The notes under the pieces are model-generated. The model saw only the letters and a list, made by a program, of their open reading frames with translations. It ran no database searches and was not told the origin of the DNA. The position numbers were made by a program, and so were the translations under genes. Source: Candidatus Thorarchaeota archaeon (GTDB lineage Archaea > Asgardarchaeota > Heimdallarchaeia > Hodarchaeales > Hodarchaeaceae). Taken from it: a DNA stretch of 32,000 bases. The first letter of the stretch is position 1. Every line of letters begins with the position of its first letter. This document shows, in pieces, positions 8,736 through 18,732 of this stretch. Where the stretch lies: positions 60,001 through 92,000 of the forward strand of contig JBHLRO010000013.1 in assembly GCA_048882505.1 (NCBI GenBank), in the 5' to 3' direction.

Positions 8736-10640
8736 CTAAAAGTTTTGGTCTTCATCCGTTTTTTTATGCCCACTAGAATGTGCTAGAAAACGTGTTAAAT
8801 CACGTAAATACTGTTTGGCCTCCTTCAGAGACATTTCCTTTATTTCCCAGGGAATGTGGATTTTTTCCGCAAGATTGAGAATCTTCGTCTGAACAATAAA
8901 TGCTTCCAAAATATCTTGTTGTCGCTGAACCTTATCTTGGAGTTGGACAGAGTTATGGAGTTTCGCGCTTGTTAAACACCGGGAAAATACTTCTTTAGCT
9001 TGAAGAAGATGCCCCTGAGCCATCTCAAAAGTACCAAGAATCAATTCGACTTCGTCTCGAAACATCACCGATACCTGTGATGCGCTTTTCAGATCATTCA
9101 AAAGCAATTTAACCTTATGGAGATCTTCGTCATTCTCTGAAGCAAGGTAAGACTCAAGTGAAAGTTTTGTGAGACCAATAAGCGTTCCCGTTTCAACCTC
9201 AAATGTATTAGCCCATTGTAAAGCTTGAAAAAAGTGTTTTTCTGCCAGTTGAAGATCTCTACGGTTCAAGGCAATGGTTCCAAGCGTATTGTAATAACGT
9301 CCTTGATCCAAAGAACGTGGATTATCTTTAATTTGCAACCATGCCTGTTCACATAATTCTTGACTTTCCTTCACATATTTTGGACCCATATTGGACAGTA
9401 ATTCCGCATAGGCAAGGAGGATCACTACAGGGGGTTTGGTAAAACAAGATAGGCTCTTTTCATAGTATTTTTTGGCTTTCTCTTGATCACCCTTAGTAAT
9501 CTCAAGCCATCCTAAAGCGCCGTAAGTATATCCCATTCCCAGCTTATCTTCTTCTCTACAATCATCTAGGCTCGCTTTATAGTGTGTGACAGCACTCTTA
9601 TGGTCGCCCATAACGGTACAAATCATCCCCAATACATTATGGCTAAAAGCACTATGCCAATGATAATTAAACTCCTCTGAATTAAGTTTCAATGCTTCTT
9701 GAAGATAGTTAATTGCGCGTGTATATTCACCAGTGAAACGTAAGTTGGATCCAAGTTTATTCAAAATTATCAAGCGTCTGTAAGAGGCTCTATCCAGAAG
9801 TGCCAACGCTTCTTCCAGTAATTCAATTGCCCAATGGTATTCGTCAAACGGATTTACAAGTATGGTAGCAAAGTTAAGAAGTAGATTGGTGCGAATATCT
9901 ACACTTTCATTTTGACAGACATGTAGACAATTTTTCATGTTTTCAAGGAACGACTCTCGATCTCTTTTCGATTGAAAAATACGGGCTTGAATAAACAGAA
10001 AGTATCCTTCTAGTAAATTAGAGTCATGTAAATGATCTGATTTCCTTAATCTACTTACCACCTTTTGTACCAATCCCTCCCAATGAAATTCAGAGATACC
10101 ATGAGTAAATATCCAACAGAAGTCCAAAACTGGTAACCAATGGCTTGATAGTTTAGAATAACTATATCTAAGCCCTTGATCGAGTATCCTTGAAAATTCC
10201 TCCTCATTATGTAGTTTTCGTGTGCATCTAATGAGTTGTGATAAATAATAAAGATGGCTGGGAGGATCTTCTTCCGTTGAATTCGCCGCTGCTTCAAATA
10301 AAGCGAAACTTGTGGAATAATCATGCAAATGGTAGCTAATAGAACCTAATTTCCCTTGAATTTTGGTTAATAACGATTGATTTTCCGTAATTGAAACAGC
10401 ATGAGGCGCTAGAGAGAGTGCTTCTTCAAAAGCAATCTTAGCTTTATCAAAATCCCCTTTATGACGAGTAAGTTCCCCAGTTATTAAATAAGTCCAGAAT
10501 TTTCCTCTAATAGTTGTTTCTTTTAGCTGGTCATGAATTTTCTCTGCGTCGGAGATCCGATGTTGCGAAAGGAGGCGTTTCACTTCCTCGTAGATACGCA
10601 ACGACATGAGATATTGGCTCCAATTATACGTTGCTTTCAA
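8736..10640 (-). CDS. Tetratricopeptide-repeat (TPR) protein
   Basis: Repeated helical units such as LNKLGSNLRFTGEYTRAINYLQEAL, HNVLGMICTVMGDHKSAVTHYKASL, YGALGWLEITKGDQEKAKKYYEKSL and YNTLGTIALNRRDLQLAEKHFFQAL. Start may be ATG 10607 rather than TTG 10640. Confidence 0.88.
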   Translation of the reverse strand: MKATYNWSQYLMSLRIYEEVKRLLSQHRISDAEKIHDQLKETTIRGKFWTYLITGELTRHKGDFDKAKIAFEEALSLAPHAVSITENQSLLTKIQGKLGSISYHLHDYSTSFALFEAAANSTEEDPPSHLYYLSQLIRCTRKLHNEEEFSRILDQGLRYSYSKLSSHWLPVLDFCWIFTHGISEFHWEGLVQKVVSRLRKSDHLHDSNLLEGYFLFIQARIFQSKRDRESFLENMKNCLHVCQNESVDIRTNLLLNFATILVNPFDEYHWAIELLEEALALLDRASYRRLIILNKLGSNLRFTGEYTRAINYLQEALKLNSEEFNYHWHSAFSHNVLGMICTVMGDHKSAVTHYKASLDDCREEDKLGMGYTYGALGWLEITKGDQEKAKKYYEKSLSCFTKPPVVILLAYAELLSNMGPKYVKESQELCEQAWLQIKDNPRSLDQGRYYNTLGTIALNRRDLQLAEKHFFQALQWANTFEVETGTLIGLTKLSLESYLASENDEDLHKVKLLLNDLKSASQVSVMFRDEVELILGTFEMAQGHLLQAKEVFSRCLTSAKLHNSVQLQDKVQRQQDILEAFIVQTKILNLAEKIHIPWEIKEMSLKEAKQYLRDLTRFLAHSSGHKKTDEDQNF

Positions 10641-10923
10641 TCGGTTCGACTTAAATACAATTTACTGTTGAATCCAAAAAAAACCAAAAGACAAATTGAA
10701 AAAACTAGTTTTCCGTGTTGATATTCCTATTCTACTACTAATGCTATCGTGTGATTGGGGTTCCAAAGACCAATAGGGAAATAGAAGGAGATTAAATCAG
10801 TTGCCAGCTGTCATCATCTCTACACCATCAGAATTTAATCTAGGCAGTGTAGATCCAGACGGTAAAACCTTCATCACTCCTGAAACGGAAGTTCTCTCTG
10901 GATTTATCAATCCCGTTGATGAC

Positions 10924-13488
10924 CTATATCCGATCGATTCTTAAATAGATCTGGTCTATTTTCGGTACTAAGGCAATGGTTTGTGCGATCACATCACAGA
11001 CAGAGAGGAAATATTCTAGTTCAGTATTTGATATGGGCCTCGGAATTGTATTCTTTTTATACTGGAGACTATAGCGACGAGAATGCAACCATTGCTTAAG
11101 AACTTGACAATTACCGATTTTGAAGTCCCACATCTCCTGAGTAACGTTTCCTATAAAGAACGTTCCATTAACTTCTTTTTTATCCTTAGATTGAAGATAT
11201 ATTCGTTGTTTTCCCGGATCATATGAAATTTTAGTAATTTTAAGGTTCTTAGAACCACTTATAGGGAATTCGGATTGACGTTTATTAATAGATTTTAATA
11301 AATGCAAAGAAATAAGTTTTTCACCGAGATCAGACATCTGATAAAAATCGGATTCATTTTCTGGGAATGGTATTTTTGGAAAATCACGAATCAATAGAGA
11401 CTCATACCGTATTCGATACGTTCGAGAGAATAAAACTCCGTAAACGTAGTTTATCAGCATTTCGGATTTAATCTGATAGTTTAGAGGTGGGAGAACGACA
11501 TTGGAATTACCTTGTATCTTTGTGACAAATCCATAAGCAGATTCTTTAGATTTGGGGGAAAGGAAACACTTGTGAAATGGTTTCTCTGTAATAAAAACGT
11601 GGGTAAATGGGGAATTTAGTAAGAGTTTGGTCACTATCAAGGCTGGATTATTATCTGAAATGTTATCCATCAAACGTTTCCGATACCGATCGATTAGCTC
11701 AGGTTCATATGAAAGGAACCTGTCATCAAATCCCCTATAACCAAAAGGTTTAATGAGTGCGATACTGCGATCACCTATCCCAAGCCCCTGGATACGATTT
11801 TTATCAAAATCCTGTGTTGAGTGTATACGTACACCCATTGATTCTAGGTTTTTTTCCCTTTTTCCGAAAAACAGTTTCAGTCGGTGTCTCAGAGTTTTTT
11901 TATCAACATCTATGACAAGTTTATCCCTGTGAGTAGCGATTCCCACACTCTTATATCCAAATAATTGATCTAGTGAATAGAACTTCTCATACCTTTTTTG
12001 AATATCATCAGGTGTCTCTGAGGGGACAAACAATAGATCTTCAGTAACAGGAATTTGAGAGAATCTCGAAGTATCAAATCCCCCAGCAAGTTCCGCGAAT
12101 TTTTCGATTGTTTGGGGATGAGAGAGACTCCAATAATGAACTTTGGCTAGAGAATGATGAGCTTGGTTTGTGTAAACAAGGAAGAATACACAAACACCTA
12201 ATTTAATGTTAAATGGATTGCCAGTTTCTCCTTTGCGGAGGTCACCATGAAGATTAACAATGTAAATATGATCAAAAACTCGTAACAGTTCTTTTCTCAT
12301 CCCTCGGAAGATCTTTCCATCCAAAAAAGTATTATTGGTTATATATGCCACAATTCCTTTCTTTTTTTGTCCCACTATCCACTGAGCCCAACGAATGAAT
12401 TTAATATAATCATCTGAAAGCGGTTGGACATTTCGTTCATTTATCTTCTTCTTATAGTCTTTCAAGATGGTTATTAACCACTGAGGTCTATTCTTGGACA
12501 ATCTACGATATGGCGGGTTTCCTAATACTACTACTACATCAACCTTTGATTCGAGGAATTTAAGTTCCAAGGCATTACGTAAATACATGTTTGGTAGGTT
12601 ATATGAATCAGGGGCGATTCCCAAGTCCGCAGTAGCGAGCCAAATACAGAAGTGACTAATCAAGTAGGGGGTTGGAAGCACTTCGAATGTAAAAAGATTT
12701 TTTAGAAATCCTTCGTTATACCACCTAGTTAATTCTTGTATGGCTTGTGACTGTTGAGTAGAATATGAGGTGAAGAACCAATCCTTGGCAAAGCGAAGTA
12801 TCCCAAGAGGAAATGCCGATGTTCCACTTGCAGGATCAATTAAGATTATATCAGGGTCTAGAGCTCCCCCCTTTTTTCCTAAATCAGAACGTAGGAGACT
12901 GTCGATCCCTTGGACAATAAAATCAACTATTGTTGGGTGAGTATTGATCACACCCTGTTTTTTCGCCGTTTCAGTGTTATAATTCCTCAGGAAAGAACTG
13001 TAAAATAGATTTATCACCTGGTCTTCTCGAAAATTACGGAAAAACTCGGACAATTCAGCTTTATTAATGATGGCAAGAATTGTATTGACATGATGCTCAA
13101 GTAACGGATTTGAAAATATGGAAACGAAGTTTTTCAAGAACAGATGTTTATTATAGCAGGAAATTAAGCTATATTGCTGGGAAAATCGGTTCGATTCTGG
13201 CAATTTGCTACCCTGCCAAACCCAAGAAACGAAAATGAAATTTATTATTGATTCAGCAAGAAACTTCGTCAAATCTCGCATACTTAGCGAAATATCACTA
13301 GAACTAGTTGGTATCCATTTCTGAGTTTTAATAAGCCAATCCTTAACCATCAATTCTTCCGGGGTTAATTCTCCCTTCTGTGTCAGGATTTTTAAGAATA
13401 CTTGTTGAAGATTATTGGCGTAGGGTATCAAATCCCTAGACAAACCTGTAATCGCTCTGTTTTCTGAATTACAACTGAATCTTTTCAA
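10924..13488 (-). CDS. N6-adenine DNA methyltransferase with Type ISP-like C-terminal specificity domain; no nuclease or helicase domain visible
   Basis: THPTIVDFIV, motif I DPASGTSAF, motif IV VLGNPPY, DDYIKFIRWA, YITNNTFLDG...GMRKELL, NLHGD. C-terminus GIATHRD, GYRGFD, RYESLLIRDFPKIPF, GEKLISLHL and WDFKIGNCQVLKQWL resembles the Type ISP C-terminal domain. Start uncertain (TTG 13488 or ATG 13350). Confidence 0.85.
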   Translation of the reverse strand: MKRFSCNSENRAITGLSRDLIPYANNLQQVFLKILTQKGELTPEELMVKDWLIKTQKWIPTSSSDISLSMRDLTKFLAESIINFIFVSWVWQGSKLPESNRFSQQYSLISCYNKHLFLKNFVSIFSNPLLEHHVNTILAIINKAELSEFFRNFREDQVINLFYSSFLRNYNTETAKKQGVINTHPTIVDFIVQGIDSLLRSDLGKKGGALDPDIILIDPASGTSAFPLGILRFAKDWFFTSYSTQQSQAIQELTRWYNEGFLKNLFTFEVLPTPYLISHFCIWLATADLGIAPDSYNLPNMYLRNALELKFLESKVDVVVVLGNPPYRRLSKNRPQWLITILKDYKKKINERNVQPLSDDYIKFIRWAQWIVGQKKKGIVAYITNNTFLDGKIFRGMRKELLRVFDHIYIVNLHGDLRKGETGNPFNIKLGVCVFFLVYTNQAHHSLAKVHYWSLSHPQTIEKFAELAGGFDTSRFSQIPVTEDLLFVPSETPDDIQKRYEKFYSLDQLFGYKSVGIATHRDKLVIDVDKKTLRHRLKLFFGKREKNLESMGVRIHSTQDFDKNRIQGLGIGDRSIALIKPFGYRGFDDRFLSYEPELIDRYRKRLMDNISDNNPALIVTKLLLNSPFTHVFITEKPFHKCFLSPKSKESAYGFVTKIQGNSNVVLPPLNYQIKSEMLINYVYGVLFSRTYRIRYESLLIRDFPKIPFPENESDFYQMSDLGEKLISLHLLKSINKRQSEFPISGSKNLKITKISYDPGKQRIYLQSKDKKEVNGTFFIGNVTQEMWDFKIGNCQVLKQWLHSRRYSLQYKKNTIPRPISNTELEYFLSVCDVIAQTIALVPKIDQIYLRIDRI

Positions 13489-13695
13489 GCGAATCTTCCC
13501 AATGTTTCAATTAGCGATCCTAAATGCTTTATTGTACCTTCGAATTCTCTTCTTCAGTAAAACTTTCTTACTATATGAGAATTATCCTTAAAGCCATTGA
13601 TATTAAGTAAAATAATAGAGAAGAAGAAATTATGGTTGAAGGGACCCAGATGATTTAGCTCCCCAAGAGGTACAAATCTAGAAATACGATATTTT

Positions 13696-14541
13696 GTGAT
13701 TATGACAAAAATAAGGTTGAAGATCCAATTGGGCACCAATTCGCTGAAATTGAACTTGGAGGAGAAACCACTTATTGGTATGATTCATCTTCCCTCATTA
13801 ACAGGGTCAATAACTGATTTAGAAGAACGTACCCGTATTTTGGAGGACGCACGACAAGATATGAAGATTTTATCTTCAACGGGTTTCAATGCAATTCTAG
13901 TCGAGAATTATGGAGACCGTCCCTTTCCTAAATATCGTTTAGATGATGCAAGGTTTCTTGTTTTTTCCTATATCGTATCGAGATTAATTTCTGAGGTTAA
14001 AATACCCCTAGGAATAAACATACTACGTAATGCATGTGATCAAGCTTTAACTTTAGCAACTGTGACTGGAGCAAGCTTTATTAGGTGTAATGTTTGGGAA
14101 GGAGCCTATATCACAGATCAAGGCATAATCGAAGGAGTCGCCTATCAAGTTCAAAAGAGAAAAACTGAATTAAAATCATATGTGAAAATTCTAGCTGATA
14201 TCCATGTCAAACATTCAACATCACTCGGCCAGTTTACTCTTGGGGAAGCCGCACAAAATGCCTTGATACGGGGGAAAGCTGAAGCGATAATCGTTACGGG
14301 CCGTTCTACGGGGAAACCGATATCACCTTCCGAACTACGAGAATTAGCCTTAAATTCCAATATAAAACCTATACTAGGAAGTGGCCTCAACTTTGAGAAC
14401 ATTCCGTCATTTTTTCCTTATTTATCAGGCGCGATCGTTGGAACTGCCATAAAAAAGAATCCCAAAGATCTTTTCACTGCAGTTGATCCAGTTAAATCCA
14501 AAAGAATTGCCCAAAGATGGATTTCCATGAAAAATGGATGA
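13696..14541 (+). CDS. BtpA/SgcQ family TIM-barrel protein
   Basis: IGMIHLPSL, ILVENYGDRPF, PLGINILRN, FIRCNVWEGAYITDQGIIEG, ADIHVKHS, IIVTGRSTG, GSGL and AIVGTAIK. The true start is probably a few codons downstream (e.g. TTG 13750). Confidence 0.92.
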   Translation: MIMTKIRLKIQLGTNSLKLNLEEKPLIGMIHLPSLTGSITDLEERTRILEDARQDMKILSSTGFNAILVENYGDRPFPKYRLDDARFLVFSYIVSRLISEVKIPLGINILRNACDQALTLATVTGASFIRCNVWEGAYITDQGIIEGVAYQVQKRKTELKSYVKILADIHVKHSTSLGQFTLGEAAQNALIRGKAEAIIVTGRSTGKPISPSELRELALNSNIKPILGSGLNFENIPSFFPYLSGAIVGTAIKKNPKDLFTAVDPVKSKRIAQRWISMKNG

Positions 14542-14591
14542 TTCCAAACCCTAAATATCATATAAACATCAGTGTGAGATGAAAGGAAGAT

Positions 14592-15446
14592 ATGTTAACT
14601 CAAATCCCTTCAGTAACAATTGAAACGATCGTTGGTGCCCTAATACTTACGGGAATAGCGGGATTTGCTACAACAATTGGTGCTGGTTTCGCTTTTATTT
14701 CAACGAAACCTTCTGTTCGATTACTTGCAGTAGGTTTGGGATTTTCTGGAGGGGTTATGCTTGCTGTTTCATTTATCGAACTGCTTCCTTCAGCCATAGA
14801 TGAGTTTAGCGCAGCGGGTGCTTCCGACCGAGACTCTTTTCTACTGGGAAATATTTGGTTTTTTGTTGGAATTCTTTGTATCTTTATTGTAGACATTCTG
14901 GTTCCTCATTTATACAAGGAGGAAGATTCAAGTCGTTCTCCTCATTGGACCAATGTCACGAACAATAATAAAAAGCAAATTCCGTTGTCCAAAGGGGAGC
15001 TCCATCGTATAGGGGTGTTGACTGCGGTGGGAATCTTTATTCATAATTTTCCTGAGGGTTTAGTCACCTTTACAAGTTCCTTAAAATCCTTGGAACTCGG
15101 ATTCGTGCTGGCAATTGCTGTTGGCCTACATAATATTCCGGAAGGCCTTTCAGTCAGCATTCCGATCGTTTCAGCAAGTGAAAACAAATGGCATGCATTT
15201 CGTTTGGGACTTCTTTCGGGCCTAGCTGAGCCAATGGGTGCACTTATAGCCGCCTTTCTTTTATTTCCATTTCTCTCTCCTACACTGATAGGAACTTCAT
15301 TGGCCTTCGTAGCAGGAATCATGGTCTTTATTTCGTTTGATGAACTTCTTCCAGCTGCCAAATCCGCTGATGATTCCCACCTTGTAACTCTCGGTATAAT
15401 AGCTGGTATGATCATTATGTCTCTTACCCTTTGGATGTTTTCGTAA
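14592..15446 (+). CDS. zupT: Zinc transporter ZupT (ZIP family)
   Basis: LGFSGGVMLAVSFIELLP, HNFPEGLVTF, IAVGLHNIPEGLSVSIPI, LSGLAEPMGA and AGIMVFISFDELLP. Confidence 0.93.
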   Translation: MLTQIPSVTIETIVGALILTGIAGFATTIGAGFAFISTKPSVRLLAVGLGFSGGVMLAVSFIELLPSAIDEFSAAGASDRDSFLLGNIWFFVGILCIFIVDILVPHLYKEEDSSRSPHWTNVTNNNKKQIPLSKGELHRIGVLTAVGIFIHNFPEGLVTFTSSLKSLELGFVLAIAVGLHNIPEGLSVSIPIVSASENKWHAFRLGLLSGLAEPMGALIAAFLLFPFLSPTLIGTSLAFVAGIMVFISFDELLPAAKSADDSHLVTLGIIAGMIIMSLTLWMFS

Positions 15447-15529
15447 CCTCAAAGATCCTCTAAAACTGTAGGAAGAAAAAGCGTGTGATATTGTGAGGTT
15501 AAAAGCGGAGAGGCGAGAAAGGATTTGGA

Positions 15530-15832
15530 GTGAATTTCGTGTTTCCAGAAAATCCCCAGGTAAACTACCTGAAATTGGGGGAAATAATAACATTCAAGAG
15601 GCTGAAGACTTTAGCGACTCAATATAGATTGGTCATTGTGATTTGGCGTGAAATCCATATAGTTAATGACCCTCTTAGACTCAACAACAGTCATATATAT
15701 CCTCAGGGTTCCTATCGGGTAGAGGATATTGATGCTAGAGGACAATGGATTGAACTACGGTATCTTCCTCCAGAGAATGTCCCTCTTTCGATAAGAGAAT
15801 CCTCGGTTAACGAAATAAGTGTGAATTTGTAG
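15530..15832 (+). CDS. Hypothetical protein (100 aa)
   Basis: GTG start after purine-rich GAAAGGA; fills the gap between zupT and the DMT gene; no recognisable motif. Confidence 0.35.
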   Translation: MNFVFPENPQVNYLKLGEIITFKRLKTLATQYRLVIVIWREIHIVNDPLRLNNSHIYPQGSYRVEDIDARGQWIELRYLPPENVPLSIRESSVNEISVNL

Positions 15833-16005
15833 CAATCCTCACCATGAAATCGATTCTCAATTTAATCCAACCTTAGGTATTTATATCTTCCAATTTTTCC
15901 GTTTCCAATAGCTGTTTTTTTGCGTCAAACGCGAATAGAACTTTCAAGTTCCTTAAGATCAATCGTTTGATGTAATGGTTTGATTTGACTACCATGTGGT
16001 AAAAC

Positions 16006-16875
16006 ATGCCTCCCTTATCAGATAACCTTTTGATCTTGGGTACAATGATCATTTATGGCGTTTTCAGCGGAGGCTCGGCGATTATCCTTAAGAAAGGTAT
16101 TATTCGGGCTGGGGGTATACCTATTACAAATTTTTTCCGTGATCTTTTACCTGCTACTTGGCGATTGGTATCAACTCCATTATGGCTTTTTGGAGGATTC
16201 ATCGCTCTTATTGGATTCCTAATATATGCGTATGCCTTGAACTCCTATGAAGTTTCAGTTGTTAAACCCTTAGTTAACACTAATTTATTATTTACATTCC
16301 TCTTCGCCTATTTAATCTTTCATGAAAAGCTGTCCTCGGTGGAGTGGACGGGAGTGAGTACCCTCGTGGCAGGAATCCTATTAACAGCTTTTTCTCCAGG
16401 AATTGAATCTGCAGATCTCATTAATGTCCCCTTGCTTTACCTTCTATTTCCTATGACTTTAATACTTGCATCCATCATGATTTTTGTGATGTTCATCGTA
16501 AAACGGGGTTCTGCTGAATTTGTTTTCCCTGTTTTTGCTGGAATATTCTTTGGGATGGGAACCTTCTTTACTAAGAGTCTTCTGATTGGGTATTCAGAGC
16601 TCGGAACTTTAACCTATGCATTACTATTTTTGTACTCGTTACTGATGCTAATGTTAACTTATGGATTGGCTGCGCTCGGACAACAACTAGCGTTTGAGAA
16701 GGGAAGGTTAAGTGTCATATCACCCATATCAAATTCCCTAACTGTGATAACATCCCTGGTTGGCGCCAATTGGATATTTTTTGAGACATTTAATGAAATT
16801 AGGCTTCTTGGTATCGGCTGTATTTTGGTTTCACTGTTTATTTTGCGTAGAGAAATTGATCAGCCTAAAATCTAG
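16006..16875 (+). CDS. DMT/EamA superfamily transporter
   Basis: Two-repeat hydrophobic topology; EVSVVKPLVNTNLLFTFLFAYLIFHEKLS; C-terminal QQLAFEKGRLSVISPISNSL. Confidence 0.85.
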   Translation: MPPLSDNLLILGTMIIYGVFSGGSAIILKKGIIRAGGIPITNFFRDLLPATWRLVSTPLWLFGGFIALIGFLIYAYALNSYEVSVVKPLVNTNLLFTFLFAYLIFHEKLSSVEWTGVSTLVAGILLTAFSPGIESADLINVPLLYLLFPMTLILASIMIFVMFIVKRGSAEFVFPVFAGIFFGMGTFFTKSLLIGYSELGTLTYALLFLYSLLMLMLTYGLAALGQQLAFEKGRLSVISPISNSLTVITSLVGANWIFFETFNEIRLLGIGCILVSLFILRREIDQPKI

Positions 16876-17807
16876 GCCATCGTACGCTCTGAAGTGTCCA
16901 TTTTTACTATTTGATAGAGCTGGATCGCAACCACGCTAATAACGAGAAGAATCAGCCCAATCCATTCAAAATCACGAGGCCATTCTTGCAGGAATATAAT
17001 AGCGAGAACCACCGTCTGGGGAAGCATTGTACTGTTTATCAAAGTGCTATCCATTGCCCGAAGATGTCTCATTGAACTATTCCACAACGTAAAGGCCAGG
17101 GCAGTGTTAACTATACCCAACCACACGATGTAAAATATCGCTATGGGCGAAAAATTGAGAATTAGAGTAAAATCCTCGGTTAGAAATCCCCATCCCAATA
17201 ACCCAAAAGCTCCTATGGTCATACTTACACCCGTCACCAATAATGTTGGATTTCCCGAGCGATTTATTGACCTACCTTGAATCGTAGCAATCGAGTTGGC
17301 AAGAAGCTCGACTACCACGATAAACAGTCCAAAAAGAGTCGCGGTACTAAAATCTACAGGAGTAAAATAAATCAGAACGCCAATAAGAACAACAACAAAA
17401 AAGAAGATCTCAAATTTTGAAGGGCTTTCACTCAATAGGATGATGGACAGGATAATAACCACAAATATCGTTAGGTTTAGCACAAAAGAGACAGTGATTG
17501 CTGGGAGTAGAGATAGAGCCAAAAACTGAGTCCCTTGTGTGATAGTGATAAAAACTAGTCCGTATATCGTTATGTTACCCCACCACCGCCGTGATTGATA
17601 CGAAAGCCATTTTCTGCTATTCTTATCTTTCAGAATTAAGATAATAAGAATGATGGCACCTATAACATAACGTAATCCAGCAAAGATGAGAGGGGGAATC
17701 TCTGTAAGCCCGAACTTTATGATTACCCACGATGAAGACCAGAGAAGAGTGACTAAAACAGCCTGGCCCACTGCACTGAGATATTCCTTGCTTAGGCGCG
17801 CTTCCAA
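16872..17807 (-). CDS. DMT/EamA family transporter
   Basis: LLWSSSWVIIK, IPPLIFAGLRY, ILLSESPS, YLGIVNT-type segment WLGIVNTALAFTLWN and IFLQE; ~10 TMs. Confidence 0.92.
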   Translation of the reverse strand: MEARLSKEYLSAVGQAVLVTLLWSSSWVIIKFGLTEIPPLIFAGLRYVIGAIILIILILKDKNSRKWLSYQSRRWWGNITIYGLVFITITQGTQFLALSLLPAITVSFVLNLTIFVVIILSIILLSESPSKFEIFFFVVVLIGVLIYFTPVDFSTATLFGLFIVVVELLANSIATIQGRSINRSGNPTLLVTGVSMTIGAFGLLGWGFLTEDFTLILNFSPIAIFYIVWLGIVNTALAFTLWNSSMRHLRAMDSTLINSTMLPQTVVLAIIFLQEWPRDFEWIGLILLVISVVAIQLYQIVKMDTSERTMA

Positions 17808-17934
17808 AGTATCTCACGCTCGCTCTAAATTGATCTGGGAAGGTTTTACGATAAGGGATTCTTGCCAGGAATTTCGCTCTTAAATGAAAACTGTTTAATT
17901 TCCCAAACACTCACTATTCAGAGAGGTTCATATA

Positions 17935-18732
17935 ATGCCTCAAATGGGTAATCAAAGTTCTAGTGATTTATTAAATGAACTATGGATGACTTACGGCCCT
18001 TTATTGGTTAGAATAGCGTTGGTTTTGTTGATAGTATTTTTTCTTTGGATCTTTTGGGGTTTTCTCCTTAGGCGTATTAAAGCACGAGTATCTCCTGAAC
18101 TTCATAATGCTCTTCGAACTCTTGGACGTGCAACGTTCCTTTTATTAGGTTTATTTTGGATCGTTGGGGAGGAACTCTTCGTTGGTGCAGCAGCATTACT
18201 TGGAACTGCCATTGGATTTGCTTCCTCTACAACTATTGGAAATTTCATTAGCGGATTGTACCTTCTTGTCACCAATCCTTTTAATGTGGGCGATTATGTG
18301 ATGATTCCCAGTTTCAATATAGAAGGAATAGTAGAAGAGATTTCCATCAATTACACGAAGATTTTGACGCCACAAGGGATACACGTAATTATTTCCAATC
18401 AAAAGCTCTTGGGAGCCTCAATATTTAATACAAATATCACAATTCCTTCAGAAACAATCAATAAGGGAAAAATAACATGGAGAGATCATGAAGCGGACAA
18501 ATTTGATAGCATTGAAGATGTCGTCGATATCCTAAATCGTACTGAGAAGATAATCAGTTTAGCTACTAAGAAATTTAGCGAACGCACGGAAGAACCTATC
18601 AATTGGTTTCTTCTGGACCGTTCCACTTATCAGCTTAACCTCATCGTCTCAAATCCATACTCGATTTTTGACTTACGATCGGATATTCTGGGATATCTGG
18701 AATCAGAGCTGGAAAAAGCCCATTCTCTCTAG
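17935..18732 (+). CDS. Small-conductance mechanosensitive channel (MscS) family protein
   Basis: Three N-terminal TMs, AIGFASSTTIGNFISGLYLLVTNPFNVGDYV, EGIVEEISINYTKI and VIISNQKL. Confidence 0.88.
   Translation: MPQMGNQSSSDLLNELWMTYGPLLVRIALVLLIVFFLWIFWGFLLRRIKARVSPELHNALRTLGRATFLLLGLFWIVGEELFVGAAALLGTAIGFASSTTIGNFISGLYLLVTNPFNVGDYVMIPSFNIEGIVEEISINYTKILTPQGIHVIISNQKLLGASIFNTNITIPSETINKGKITWRDHEADKFDSIEDVVDILNRTEKIISLATKKFSERTEEPINWFLLDRSTYQLNLIVSNPYSIFDLRSDILGYLESELEKAHSL

Noticed and set aside
13489-13739. Possible frameshifted nuclease domain upstream of the methyltransferase, including ORF 13554-13739
   Set aside because: All three minus-strand frames have stops and show no PD-(D/E)xK-like motif; the region overlaps the BtpA 5' end.
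14151-15593. Several 83-124 aa minus-strand ORFs over btpA and zupT
   Set aside because: Antisense shadows of well-supported plus-strand genes.
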